A DNA stretch of 64,000 nt. It comes from Chiloscyllium plagiosum. Lineage: Eukaryota. The notes below the pieces were generated by a model, which worked only from the letters and a program-made list of their open reading frames with translations, ran no database searches and was not told the DNA's origin. The stretch spans positions 58,029,823-58,093,822 of the forward strand of contig NC_057719.1 of the NCBI RefSeq assembly GCF_004010195.1. The letters are read 5' to 3'. The position numbers and the translations under genes were made by a program. This document shows positions 39,598-51,515 of the stretch, in pieces; position 1 is the stretch's first letter, and the number at the start of each line of letters is the position of its first letter.

Positions 39598-41788
39598 TTA
39601 TTGTGATATGAAGAGGTATTTTCCTTAAATTAAATTTAGAAACTAGATGTTCATACAAATTGAGACATAAATATTCAAAGTGCCACATTATTCAATGTAT
39701 TTACCAGACTGCATTATCAGCTGCTGATTGAAGTAACAATGTATCAGTCCTCAGCACATGGTCTGATCTCAGGAATATATTAACTGAAGCACCAGCATTT
39801 GAGGATAAAAACGTGACTGTTCTAACTTCTCAAAACAATAAGATTGCTTAGGTTTTGTTTTATTTATTTCTTTATTCTCTCACACCGCATTTGTATGTGT
39901 GCAATGCAGCCATTCACACCTCATCCAGACACATCCTTTCTTTCCTTAACCCTAATTAATACCTCTCTTGGCCTTGTGTATTCTGAAACTTTATGTCATT
40001 TCATCTTTCCTGCCCTCAACCCTATCATAGGCTTTTTCTTTTGTTCTTCCATACCCTCCTCTCTTCTATAAACTCATTTCCAACTTTTCTCAATTCTAAT
40101 GAAGGGTCACCTCAAACTTGAACATCAATTCTGTTTACTTACAGCATTTTTTTGGTTTTAGTACATATTCAGATTCTAGTCAGTGGCATCTCAAGTGGGA
40201 AATATCTCCTTGGGTAATTTTATACAAATTACAGATTCAGTTTGTAGAAGTCCATTACAGGAAGGCAAGAAGAGAAGCAAAAATATCTTCTTTAATCATG
40301 AAAATAATTAACACAAAAGAGTAAGGGCTTGATGGTGAAAAAGAAACAATAAACTTATGAATACGTGATATATTTATTTCATGAACTTTTTGTTACAGCA
40401 ATGGGCAAACCATTGTTTTATTTAGGTTGTAGCAAGACTTTTACAAAAATCAGAAACCGCACTTCAGGCCATGGAGCATCTGTGAGCAATTACTTGGGGA
40501 ATCTACTAACGTATTACATACATCACCTATATTTGTTCATTGAAAGAGGAAAAAAAAACTTGTGTTATTCTGTAATACAGTATAAATTAAAGCTGAGCTC
40601 ATTACTTAATCAATTTTGTCTTTTCATTTTATGAAAATTAAATTCAGTTAACTATCAATAAAAAGCTGCCAAAATACTCATAAGAAGTTAGTTATATTAT
40701 AAAAGAATCATCTATTGTAGCCACTATTTCTGCATTTTGTGGTTTATTTGTTCTATTACCTTCTTAACTGGTGATAATCCCAAAAACAAGTACTAAAGCT
40801 GATTAGACTCAGAGCAATAAGAAACAGTGGTTACAAAGCAGCCTTTTCCCAAACATTTTTACCTTGGGTTCACTGCTACAGGGTTTTCCAATGCAGGTTA
40901 AGTTTTAAGGAAAATTTGCAAATTTGTAAATGGTTTGTTTGGGTATATTGAATTAAACATAATCTTTAATTGCAGTATATCAATTATTGTGAAATATGGT
41001 ATACAGGACAACCACCATATTATCTTAGACCAATTGTAGAGTGGAAAAGGACACAATTAAACTGATGTGTACATGCTAAACAACTCGTCATATTTATTTA
41101 TGGGTTAGATAACACACAGCAAAACATCAGAACAGCATGAGATTGAATATAGAATAAAAATGTTTTCCATTTACAAAAAGTTAACAGAACCTTTATAATA
41201 ACATTTTTCTTACAGCACCTGTCAAACATCAAATCTTTTGGATTTGAAACAGACAGTTTTGTCTCTTGGTAGATTGCCCATGATGCCATGTTACACAAAT
41301 TCCAGACAATCCAATGATTTTGGTATTTTGTGAGATCTAAAGATGTGATTATTGGTCAATGTCTTTTATATGACAATCATTTTCTTAATGTAAGCAAACA
41401 TACAGACTAAAATTCATGTACCTCAATCTCTGAAATGTTTGCTACTGTCCAAATATATTTCTTCCCACCCACTTATGTCACTTAATAATTCAGTCTTCGA
41501 AGAAAGTTAAATAATCTGTTTTACCTCCTGTCAACTACATCCATTAATGTCCACAGCAACTGTTTCAACCACAGTGTAACTGCTTGATTTAATTTGTTTC
41601 TGTACAAAGACAGTGAAAAAACAAAAGAACATGTTTAAGGCAGATATTTTGCAATGAGTGGAATGACTAAAGCAGATTGCATGCTACCAGTTGCATGTAC
41701 TTGCCACTAAAAAATGTTAGCCTCCCAGAGACACAGCTTCTGAAGTACTGTTAAAGTGTATGTATTGCATTTGATATCAGAAATAGTG

Positions 41789-42068
41789 TGCATTGCAACC
41801 TAATTATCTCAACTCTGCTCTAGCCTACCTTTGGGGAATGAATGCAACTAATCACAGTTGAGCACCTTAAACTGTTACAGGTTGTTAGTCTCTATAAACA
41901 AGCTGAATGGATAACTAAATTAATTAGATTAGATTTTTATTGTCAAATGTACTCAAGCAGAGCGATACAGGAATACTTCTAACAGTTTATGGTGCTCAAC
42001 TGTGATTAGTTGCATTTGTTCCCCAAAGGTAATCTAGAGCAGGGTTGGGATAATAAGGTTGCAATGCA
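41789..42068. repeat. 89-bp inverted duplication
   Basis: 41789-41877 versus the reverse complement of 41980-42068: about 8 mismatches by eye. Confidence 0.9.
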
Positions 42069-42695
42069 TATGAAAAGTTTGCAATGCAACCATTCACGGC
42101 ACCATCTTAGGTACAAGATACCTAGGTACAAAATCTTAGGTAAAACCCAGAAAAATAAAGAAATAAGTTAGAAGTTCAACAGTACAATTGTTTTCAATAT
42201 AAAGTAATAAATAAGAAATAAAATTAAAATTCCAAATTACAGTCCTCCTTTAGCCATGGGCCTGCAGTTGCTCCATACTTGGCTTCTCCAGATGGCTCAA
42301 TCTCTCAATCCCCACACCTTCACACTGCTGTCTCGCCACCGACTGCCATTCCCCGACTCCCACACTGGGCTCAATCTCTCGATCCCCATGCCTTCGTCTT
42401 GTTGACAGGCTCACCAACCTTCTTGTTACTGGCTGCCAGAGCCCAGCTCTGGTACCGCTCCAGGCCTCCAGCTGCTTCCATGATGCTGCCATCTGCCAGA
42501 GTTCAGCCCGGGCACACCAACCATCTCATGGCCCACTGCCAAGTCCTATAGCTACTGCCATCGCTGCCGTTGTTTCCACTAAGTAGAGGAAAACATAAAC
42601 TAAAAAAAATCTAAACAAGGAAAGAAAAAAGCGAAAAAAGAGAGAAAAACAGTCAGAGTGGATAAGCTCCAGCTCAGGAGCCCTACTCTGCCACT
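41925..42695 (-). mobile_element. non-autonomous LINE-derived retroelement, unclassified
   Basis: Minus-strand tail tgacaataaaaaatctaatctaat. Its 5' end (ggcagagtagggctc..pyrimidine tract) resembles 23285-23400. Confidence 0.45.
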
Positions 42696-43792
42696 GTATA
42701 ATTACAGGAGATGAACAACGACTGTAAAGTTCACAGAGGCTCAGGTGACCCTACTATTGGATAAGACATTAGAACAGCGAGTCATTATTTGTGACAGAAT
42801 GTCCCTGCCTGCACTATCAACTTGGAAGAGAGCCTGAATAGATGAATAAAGAAACATGATTAGAAATGCCCAAGTATATCAAATGCTTTGGAAAATCAGA
42901 AAAAAAAACACATTTGCTCCCCTCATTTTCAAACTGCTCAAACCCAATCTTTTGAATCATTAATTCCCACAAATTATTTTCCAACTTGCTGCTGTTTTCT
43001 CCAAGCACCTTCCTTGTTGAAATTGAACAGCCTCACTTCAGAATGTAGTACTTAAAGAATATGCCGAAAAATTAACTAGTATGAGCTCTGCACCAGCTAT
43101 TAGCCTTCCAAATTTCTACTACCAAAAAGCACAAGAGAAAAAGAGGATCAATGTAAACTTAAGTAGAGCGTTTCTTAAACGGAGGCCACACAGCCACATT
43201 TTGTGACATTCAGTGTTTTGACGTCAAAGGAATTTGGGTATGGCCAGTGACTTCAACTGCATCATCGATTCGGCTGGACAATCTTGAGGCACTGACAGCA
43301 AACTGAATGCCATGTCCAGTTCCTGATGAAAAGTTCAAGGTACCAAGCTGCACAATGTCTTCAGCACCTCCTGCAGACATAGCGCAGCACAGCTACAACA
43401 GGGATGCAGCCAGACGGGTTTAATCTGCTCAAAGATAGATTTCCTGTTTGTATGCCAAGTGCTCTCAGTCAGGTTCACCAACATTTAAGCCTGTGTTTGT
43501 CTCTGACCACTGCTTCCCGCTGGCTGATCGTCACCTACAAAATGATGAGTGGGCCGGCAAAGGAACATGAAAGTTCAATGTGAAACTGTTGACCCTAAAA
43601 CACATTGAGGAGCTGAGGAGTACACCAGTTGGAGAAGCGTGAAACAATTTTGAGTCTCCAACAGATTGGTGACAGTTAAGGGAAATACCAAGAGTTTCTT
43701 TATTCTCAAAGGTGTTCAGAGGTGGGGGTTGGGGAGATTAGCTAAACTCAGGAAAACCTGCAGGTCCTACTCCTGTTGCACACAAATGGGGT

Positions 43793-44141
43793 TGGGGCAG
43801 CATGTGGATCAGTGGTTAGCACTGCTGCCTCACAGCACCAGGGACCTGGGTTCAATTCCAGCCTCGGGCAACATTCTGTGTGGAGTGTGTACATCCTCCC
43901 TGTGTCTGCGTGGTGCCCCTCCCTGGATGTTCCAGCTTCCTCCCACAGTCCAAATATGTGCAGTTTAGGTGGATTGACCATGTTAAATTGCCCATAGTGT
44001 TCAGGGATGTGTAAGGTGGTCGATTAGCCATAGGAAATGCAGGGTTACAGGGACAGGGTGAGTCTTGGTGGGATGCTGTTCAGAGAGTTGGTATAGATTT
44101 GTTCAGCCAAATGGCCTGTTCCCACATTGTAGGGATTCTAC
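43793..44141 (+). mobile_element. HE1-type SINE
   Basis: cagtggttagcactgctgcctcacagc, gggttcaattcc, tail gggattcta. Confidence 0.85.
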
Positions 44142-45319
44142 GATGTCATAGAGGGTCTCCATGAGGTGATGAGGATGCAGCCTCATTCTGCTTCAGAGAC
44201 TTCCAAGATAATCTTCCAATCCAGGGTCCACTTTGTTTCTTTTTCCAGAAGGTAAAAAGGGAGAGCTCTGTGATCAGCAGCCTGAAGAAAGAAGATGCTT
44301 AATTAACTCATTCTCTCAGCCTGAGGATCAGCAAATCCTGGTTTGCCAGACTATATGACAAAAAGCCCACTGATATTGCTACTTCTCAGTCATTCCTGTC
44401 CTCTGTCATGGAGGTTTTAGATGACAGCTTGAGGGAGAGGGAGAGGCTGCAACAGCCGTTATCTCCAAATGAGTTGACGAATGTCCTCAAGTCCTTTGAG
44501 GAGCGTAAAATTCTGTATATGGCAGCTTATCAGCTGAGTCATCCTCAGCTCTGTGGGTCTTGATTGGCCAGGACCTGCCGGAGATGTACGATAGCATGGT
44601 CTGGTAAGGCAGCTTGTGAGAATATATGAGGATAGGTATCATCACCCACATCTATAAGTGGAGGAGGGAGAAGCAGTAAATTATAAATTAGCGATCAATT
44701 TCATGATTACAAAATCCTGTCTCAGATCATCAACAACTGGGTCTGCTCTGATATCAGTGATTCATCCTGATCAAACTTGTAGCGGGTAGGAAGACCTCGG
44801 AGAGCCTTGTACTCTTCAGGGATACAATTGCCTATGGGAGAACAGAGGGGTAGACATTTGCCTCATCAGCCTGAACCAAGAAGGCCTTTTAGACAGTGTT
44901 ATGGCCTCCCTGGCTGAAGGTGTTATAAAAATGGCTGCCCCTGAGTTTTAGTTGACATAGATGGTGGAGAAGTTTTATTTAGCTGAAGCAGGAGCTTGTT
45001 TTGAGTATTATTAAGTAAACCATAAGTTAGGTAACTCTAGTTTTGTCAACAGAATATATCCAAGGTAACAAGATTAAGATAGCATACAAAGGGTCTTACA
45101 AAGAGTATGCAAAGGGTGCTGTTGCAAACATGCAGCTGCAGTTACTTATACAGAGACAGCTGGTTAAGGACACCCTTGAGTATGTTGACAGAAGAATTCC
45201 GTAATATATATATATGTCCTCTTAAAAGAAACACAATAAAGAGATTCCACTGAATTCCAATGGATAGACAGCCTTAGACAGTTAGGAGAAATCTCCATCC
45301 TGCTAATAGGGAGGATGAC

Positions 45320-45497
45320 CTTGGAAGGAATGTATTGCCAAGGTTTAGTGCACGCTGCAATCTCTCTGAACCACATACCCAGCACCTTCAGGTAATCTGT
45401 GCTGAAAATGAAGGGGGTGAAAGATTGGATGGCCCAGTTCCCAAAGAACATGACTTCACACTTGGTTCCAGAGGCCTGTTCAAACTGGTCAGAGGTC
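45320..45497 (-). mobile_element. inverted Tx1 RT fragment inside the solo LTR
   Basis: FEQASGTKCEVMFFGNW..DYLKVLGMWF, the same family as 46480-46600. Confidence 0.75.
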
Positions 45498-45688
45498 AGC
45501 AGTAATGGAATATGGTTGAATGAGATGCATTGTGGAAGCTCAAGGATAGAGATAAGGTTGTCTGGCAAACATCATGAAGTCATGTCCATAAGGCCACCCC
45601 ATCACTGACCATACAGTCACATGACTAACCTCACTGGGTGTAAAGCGATTAATTAGTAATACAATTGATTTGTAATAGTCAAAGGCTG

Positions 45689-46008
45689 GGTGGCACAGTG
45701 GCACAGTAGTGGGCAGCACGGTGGCATAGTGGTTAGCACTGTTGCCTCACAGCACCAGAGACCCGGGTTCAATTCCTGCCTCAGGCGACTGACTGTGTGG
45801 ATTTTGCACATTCGCTCCGTGTCTGCGTGGGTTTCCTCCCACAAAGATGTGCAGGTCAGGTGAATTGACCTTCTATGGCCATGCTAAATTGCCCAGAGTG
45901 TTAGGTGAAGGGGTAAATGTAGGGATATGGGTGGGTTGCGCTTCAGTGGGTCAGTGTGGACTTGTTGGGCCAAAGGGCCTGTTCCACTCTGTAAGTAATC
46001 TAATCTAA
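45689..46008 (+). mobile_element. HE1-type SINE
   Basis: Near-identical to 25414-25745. (aatct)n tail. Confidence 0.9.
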
Positions 46009-46921
46009 ATGTATAAAGAAGTTTCTGGATTCCTAGAGATTTTGTTTTCCCCACTGGTATAATTTCAATCAACTCTTTGATGCTGGAAGTGGATTCTGGG
46101 TGTCAAGCCACAACAGACAGGATATCATACACCTACACAAAGGACATGTTGTAAAAAATGGGCTTTTGGGAGGGAATCCACAATTGGATGCAACAGCTCT
46201 ATATCAACATCATTAGCGCAATCCCACTCAATGGGTGAGAATCAGAAAGCTTCGCAATCAGATCTGGAGTCCGGCTAGGCTGCCCACTCTCTCCTGATTT
46301 GTTCATGTGTTGTATAGAATTCTTCACTGAGTCGATCAGGAGGGGTGACTATTCCAGACAATAGGGATCTGCAGTTTCAAGTCTCTCTGTATAGAAACGA
46401 TGTCGACATTTTCCTCTCGGATCCGCTGTCTGTCAGCATGGAGACTCATAAGCATCTGTGACTGGATGAGGAACCAAGAGTGAGGTCATGTTCTTTGGGA
46501 ACGAGGCCAATCTTTCACCCCCTTCATTGTTAGCACAGAATACCTGAAGGTGCTGGGTATGTGGTTCGGAGAGACTGCAGCGTGCACTAAACCTTGGCAA
46601 TCGATTCCTCCCAAGATAAAGCAGACTCCGGGCACATAGGAGCAACCCTTAAAAAACCTGGTCATCAGGTGTGAGGTGCTCTTGATGTTGCTGTAAGTGG
46701 CACAAGTCTGGCCGATTCCCCGAGCCTGCGCCAATGCAGTCATCCAAGCTATCTTCTACTTCATCTGGAGATCAAAGGTGGACTGGGTCCAAAGGGATAC
46801 CATATATAAAGCTAATGACAAAGATGAGAGGGGATGTGGGAGGAAGGATGTGTCATTGCATCAAGTTGTGTACCGACACTCGACATGCTTACACCAAGTA
46901 GCTCTACGTTCTGAGATTCTT

Positions 46922-47045
46922 TGAAGAGAAAATGAGGTCTGCAGATGCTGGAGATCAGAGATGGAAATGTGTTGCTGGAAAAGCGCAGCAGGTCAGGCAG
47001 CATCTAGGGAACAGGAGAATCGACGTTTCGGGCATTAGCCCTTCT
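46922..47045 (-). mobile_element. Penelope-terminus mini-insert truncated inside the hammerhead core
   Basis: 10-bp TSD tgagattctt at 46912-46921 and 47046-47055. Minus strand begins AGAAGGGCTAATGCCCGAAACGTC. Confidence 0.8.
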
Positions 47046-47104
47046 TGAGATTCTTCTTGTCCCTGGTAATCCAAAGGATGGACCTGCTGCTGCAGAACAC
47101 TCCT

Positions 47105-47407
47105 AGTAGGGAGTCCAAAAATAGAGGGCAGAGGTTTAAGTTGAGGGAAAAGATTTAAAAGGGATCCAAGGGGCAACTTTTCATGCAGAGGATGGTGCGT
47201 GCATGGAATGAGCTGCCAGAGGAAGTGGTGGAGGCTAGTACAACTACAACATTTAAAAGGCATCTGGTTGGGTACATGAATAAGAAGGGTTTAGGGGGTT
47301 ATGGGCCAAATGCCGTCTAATGGGATGAGATTTATTTAGGATATCTGGTTGGCATAAATAAGTTCGATCGAAGGGTCTGTTTCCATGCTATATAATTCTA
47401 TGACTCT
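47105..47407 (+). mobile_element. HER1/CR1 3' fragment
   Basis: Matches 29940-30232. Tail ctatgactct. Confidence 0.85.
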
Positions 47408-48806
47408 GGTTGGACAGTTCTGCATCACCAATCTCTTGTGGAGAAATTTGTAAAGGAAAAAAACTCTGACCACAGGTCCATCAGGCAATGGGTCAGCACA
47501 AATGTCCTTGCAACCCTGCAGGAAAAGGAGAGGGTTGATCCTGTTGAGTGCTTCCCTGAGTAGACTGTCAGTCATTTGGCAAAAAGCCTCATCAGAATCT
47601 TTCAAAAGTACCAAGACATAGCTTGGGTGATAGTAGGAAGGGCACTACCCCTCAGATCTTCATGTACCCCTGGACTCTCTCTGCACCACTGTACACCGCC
47701 CTTGAAGTGGTTATGGGAGAGGAGACGATCACACACCTCCTTCACGAACGTGTCTTTACAAACAAGGTGTGGAGAGGGATGCATAGTTTTTGTTGAGGTT
47801 TTTCCCGAGAAGCTACGCAATGCGGGACACTGTGCTATACAGGCTGATCCCCAGGGTATAATGTATAATGAGAGGCCAATCTCCTCATGGCCACATGATA
47901 ATAAATTGTGTCTTCCTGCATGAGTTAAAAATGCCATTGTTAGTTGCAACCACACAATAGCACTGTAAAATGTAAAATTCCAATGTATAATTTGTGTTTC
48001 TTTACCCTCGTTTGGAAACATTGTGCAGAACAGAATGAGAAACTTTTTGTACTTACAGATTTTTTTATGAATAAAGTATATGTTTGCAATAAAAAAAACT
48101 AATAGCAAGATTAAACTGAATTCAATACATTCATGATTACAGGTCACAAACTGACAGGATGAAGCAGTGATGCTTTACATACTCATCATTTGCCTGGGAG
48201 AAAATAACAAGCTATTAAGATAGACTAGTAAACATTCACACATTAAAATTGTTTAATTTATATGAGCTCACTAGAGTGGGTCAAGGGAAATTTACAGCTA
48301 AGAGGTTGCAAGAGCAACTGGTCATTCCCAGCTGAGAGAAATCTGCGGAAGGATCAATAGCTTCCTATCGAGTAGAAAAACGGAAATGGTACAGAGTGCA
48401 GAAATTTAGACTGTAAGTCAAATAATAACAAAAACTCCTTGTTTAGATACTGTCTCAATTATGTTCAGAGGCCTTCTCATTAGAAAAGTGAATTTAAACT
48501 ACCATGAAATAATGTAATACTTTTAAACATGCTTTGAACGTTACACTATAATTAATGTAATAAAACTTCAGTTGCTCAGTATGTGTCATTTTTGACAATA
48601 TGGTTGCCTTTTTTGTTACAAAATGAAGCTCACACATGAACATGAATCTGTTACTGCCAAACTAAACACCATTTTAGTGAAGGTATCAGTACAGGTGCAG
48701 GAAATGCACAAGAGATATTCAGAGTTGGCAAGACAACATGGATTCAATATCATTGGTACTATTTCAATCTTAACATCCTAGTGTCATCTTCTTCTTTCTG
48801 GATAAT

Positions 48807-50342
48807 CCAAGATGGAGGACAGGAAAAAATTATAGCTGTAAGAGCTGCTCCTTTTTTGAGGTATTATAGGTGTTGGAGATGATTTTGTCAAATTCCAGGA
48901 GCAGTAATTACCGTTTTATAAGCTGTTGCATTCTTTTGGAACTTTGAGGAAAAAAGGATCAAAACAACCGCATTTTAAAAAAGAAGAGAACAAAGGTAGA
49001 GACCACATCGTCAGTGAGAGAGAAATAGAAAGAAATGTACAGTGCTGTCTGACACAGCAGTGAATCTCCACAGCTACTGGCTTTGCTGTTTGAGTTCAAT
49101 TATTTATGGACATCGGAGTCTGTTTAAGAAAAATAAACAAACGTCAAAATTCAGAGCTGACCTTGAAGGAACCTGTGTGGGAATGCTCACAGCACAGGAG
49201 CAGATAAGCACATATTTTTTACGTGTCACCTTGCTGTCTTTTTTTTAGTAAGTAGAGTGGGTTATTTTTGGTTAAATGTTTTATTGAGATCGGTCTTTTG
49301 ATTAAATTTCAAAATATAAAACATAGGTACTAAGCTAGCTTGGAGCAGTGTTTCTGAGACCAGTAAGACTGCGTTATTTTTGTGAAGGAGCAAAGATGAC
49401 CTTTAGTAGGGTGATGTGCCTTTCCTGTTGGATGTGGGAGATTAGGGAGAATTTCCATGTTACTGATGATTATATCTGCAGGAAGTGTGTTTGGTTGTGA
49501 ATTCTATCAGATTGCATGGATCAGTTGGAGTGACAGTTAGAGGCAATACGGAATATGCAGGAGCTGGAGGTGTGATGCAAGGCAGTTAAAGGAAGGGAGA
49601 AAAACCGCAGATACAGTCAGGTAGATGTGTTACCTGAAAGGTAAGAGAGAAAGCAAGTAATGCAGGAGTCTCCTGTAGCTAGTCCATCTTAAACAAGCAT
49701 GCTGTTTTGAAAAATGTAGGGGTTGATGGACTCTCAGGGAATGCAGCACAAAAGAACAAATTTCTGGTATTGACTGGCTCGAATATAACGAGGGGTAAGT
49801 CAGGTTCCAAGTGATCAATTGTGATAGGGAACTCTCTAGTCAGAGGCACAGACACAAATTTCCGCAGCTGACAGTGGGAAATCAGAATGGTGTGTTGCCT
49901 CCCTGGTGCCAGGATCAAGGATATCTCAGCGAGAGTGCAGAATATTCTCAAAGGGGAGTGGGACCAGCAGGAGGTTGTACACCCTGGAATTAACACAGGA
50001 AGGGAAAAGGATGAGATTTTGAAGGGAGAATATAGGAAGTTAGTCAGAAATTTAAAAAGGAGTTCCTCGAGGGTAGTAATATCTGGAATATTCCTGGTGC
50101 TATGAGCTAGTGAGAGTAGGACTAGGAGGGTAGAGCAGATGAATGCATGGTTGAAGAGTTGGTGCAAGGGAGAAGGATTCTCATTTTTGGATCATTGGAA
50201 TCCCTTTTGGGGTAGAAGTGACCTGTACAAACACGACAGATTGCACCTGAATTGGAAGGGGACTAATATATTGGCAGGGAGATTTGCTAGAGCTGCTCGG
50301 GAAGATTTAAATTAATAAGGTGGAGGGGTGGGACTCAGGGAA
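48807..50342 (+). mobile_element. full-length CR1 LINE, 5' part (5'UTR + ORF1 with Cys-rich region and esterase)
   Basis: Colinear with 62265-63835. VCCLPGARIKDIS, LHLNWKG. Continues at 55752. Confidence 0.9.
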
Positions 50343-50460
50343 AGGCCTCAGGTATTTCCACTGGGGTAAAGTGGGACATGTAAAGTCACACTGCTGGTTT
50401 TTAAAGAAAGGAACTGTGGAAAAATATGTGGTAAAAGAAGCTAAGTCAGTGGCATTAGTG

Positions 50461-51515
50461 TAAGGGGCAATTTCCCCTCCGACGTGGTCGACGATGCTCT
50501 CCACCGCATCTCCTCCACTTCCCACACCTCCGTCCTTGAACCCCGCCCCTCCAATCGCCACCAGGACAGAACCCCACTGGTCCTCACCTTCCACCCCACC
50601 AACATCGTATCATCCTCCGTCATTTCCGCCACCTCCAAACAGACCTCACCACCAAGGATATATTTCCCTCCCCTCACCTATCAGCGTTCCGAAAAAACCA
50701 CTCCCTCCGCGACTCCCTCGTCAGGTCCACACCCCCCACCAGCCCAACCTCCACTCCCGGCACCTTCCCCTGCAACCGCAAGAAGTGCAAACTTGTGCCC
50801 ACACCTCCCCCCTCACCTCCCTCTAAGGCCCCAATGGATCCTTCCATATCCATCGCAAATTCACCTGCACCTCCACACACATCATTTACTGTATCCACTG
50901 TACCCGATATGGTCTCCTCTACATTGGGGAGACAGGCCGCCTACTTGCGGAATGTTTCAGGGAATACCTCTGGGACACCCGCGCCAACCAACCGAACCAC
51001 CCCATGGCTGAACACTTTAACTCCCCTTCCCACTCCGCCAAGGACATGCAGGTCCTTGGCCTCCTCCATCGCCAGACCCTGACCACACAACGCCTGGAGG
51101 AAGAGCGCCTCATCTTCCGCCTAGGAACCCTCCAACCACACGGGATGAATGTAGATTTCTCCAGCTTCCTCATTTCCCTTCCACCCCACCCTATCTCAGT
51201 CCCAACCCCCGGATTCAGCACTGCCCTCTTGACCTGCAATCTTCTTCCCGACCTCTCCGCACCCACACCCTCTCCGGCCTATCACCCACACCCTCACCTC
51301 CTTCCACCTATCGTATTCTCAGCGCCCCTCCCCCAAATTCCCTCCCTCCAACCTTTTATCTCAGCCCGCTTGGCACACCAGCCTCATTCCTGAAGAAGGA
51401 CTTATGCCCGAAACCCCGATTCTCCTGCTCCTCGGATGCTGCCTGGCCTGCTGTGTTTTTCCAGCACCACATTTTTCAACTCTAGTCTCCAGCATCTACA
51501 GTCCTCACTTTCTCC
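50461..51515 (+). mobile_element. 5'-truncated Penelope-like element (GIY-YIG + terminus)
   Basis: IIYCIHCTRYGLLYIGETGR and RLEEERLIFRLGTLQPHGMN. ttagtg duplicated at 50455-50460 and 51516-51521. Degenerate hammerhead at 51390-51417. Confidence 0.9.

Larger units (their letters stand above)
44897..46115. mobile_element. solo LTR-like insertion
   Basis: TGTT...AACA termini. 5-bp TSD gacag at 44892-44896 and 46116-46120. The Tx1 RT motif resumes across it. Confidence 0.75.
43235..48097 (+). mobile_element. degenerate Tx1/L1-clade LINE ORF2, with nested inserts
   Basis: SDFNCIID, KIDFLF, SDHC, DYKILS, IHPDQT, KAF.DRIS, GVRLGCPLSP, YLKVLGMWF. aataaa plus A-rich end at ~48070-48097. Confidence 0.85.

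Noticed and set aside
41525..41545. MDVVDR resembling the CCKAR N-terminus
   Set aside because: Five-residue match only, with no GPCR exons anywhere in the window.
41214..41599. Joined frame with two in-frame TGA codons (GCS*QE, KI*CL) as a selenoprotein
   Set aside because: No similarity to selenoprotein families I know, no SECIS identified, and the exons themselves are unproven.
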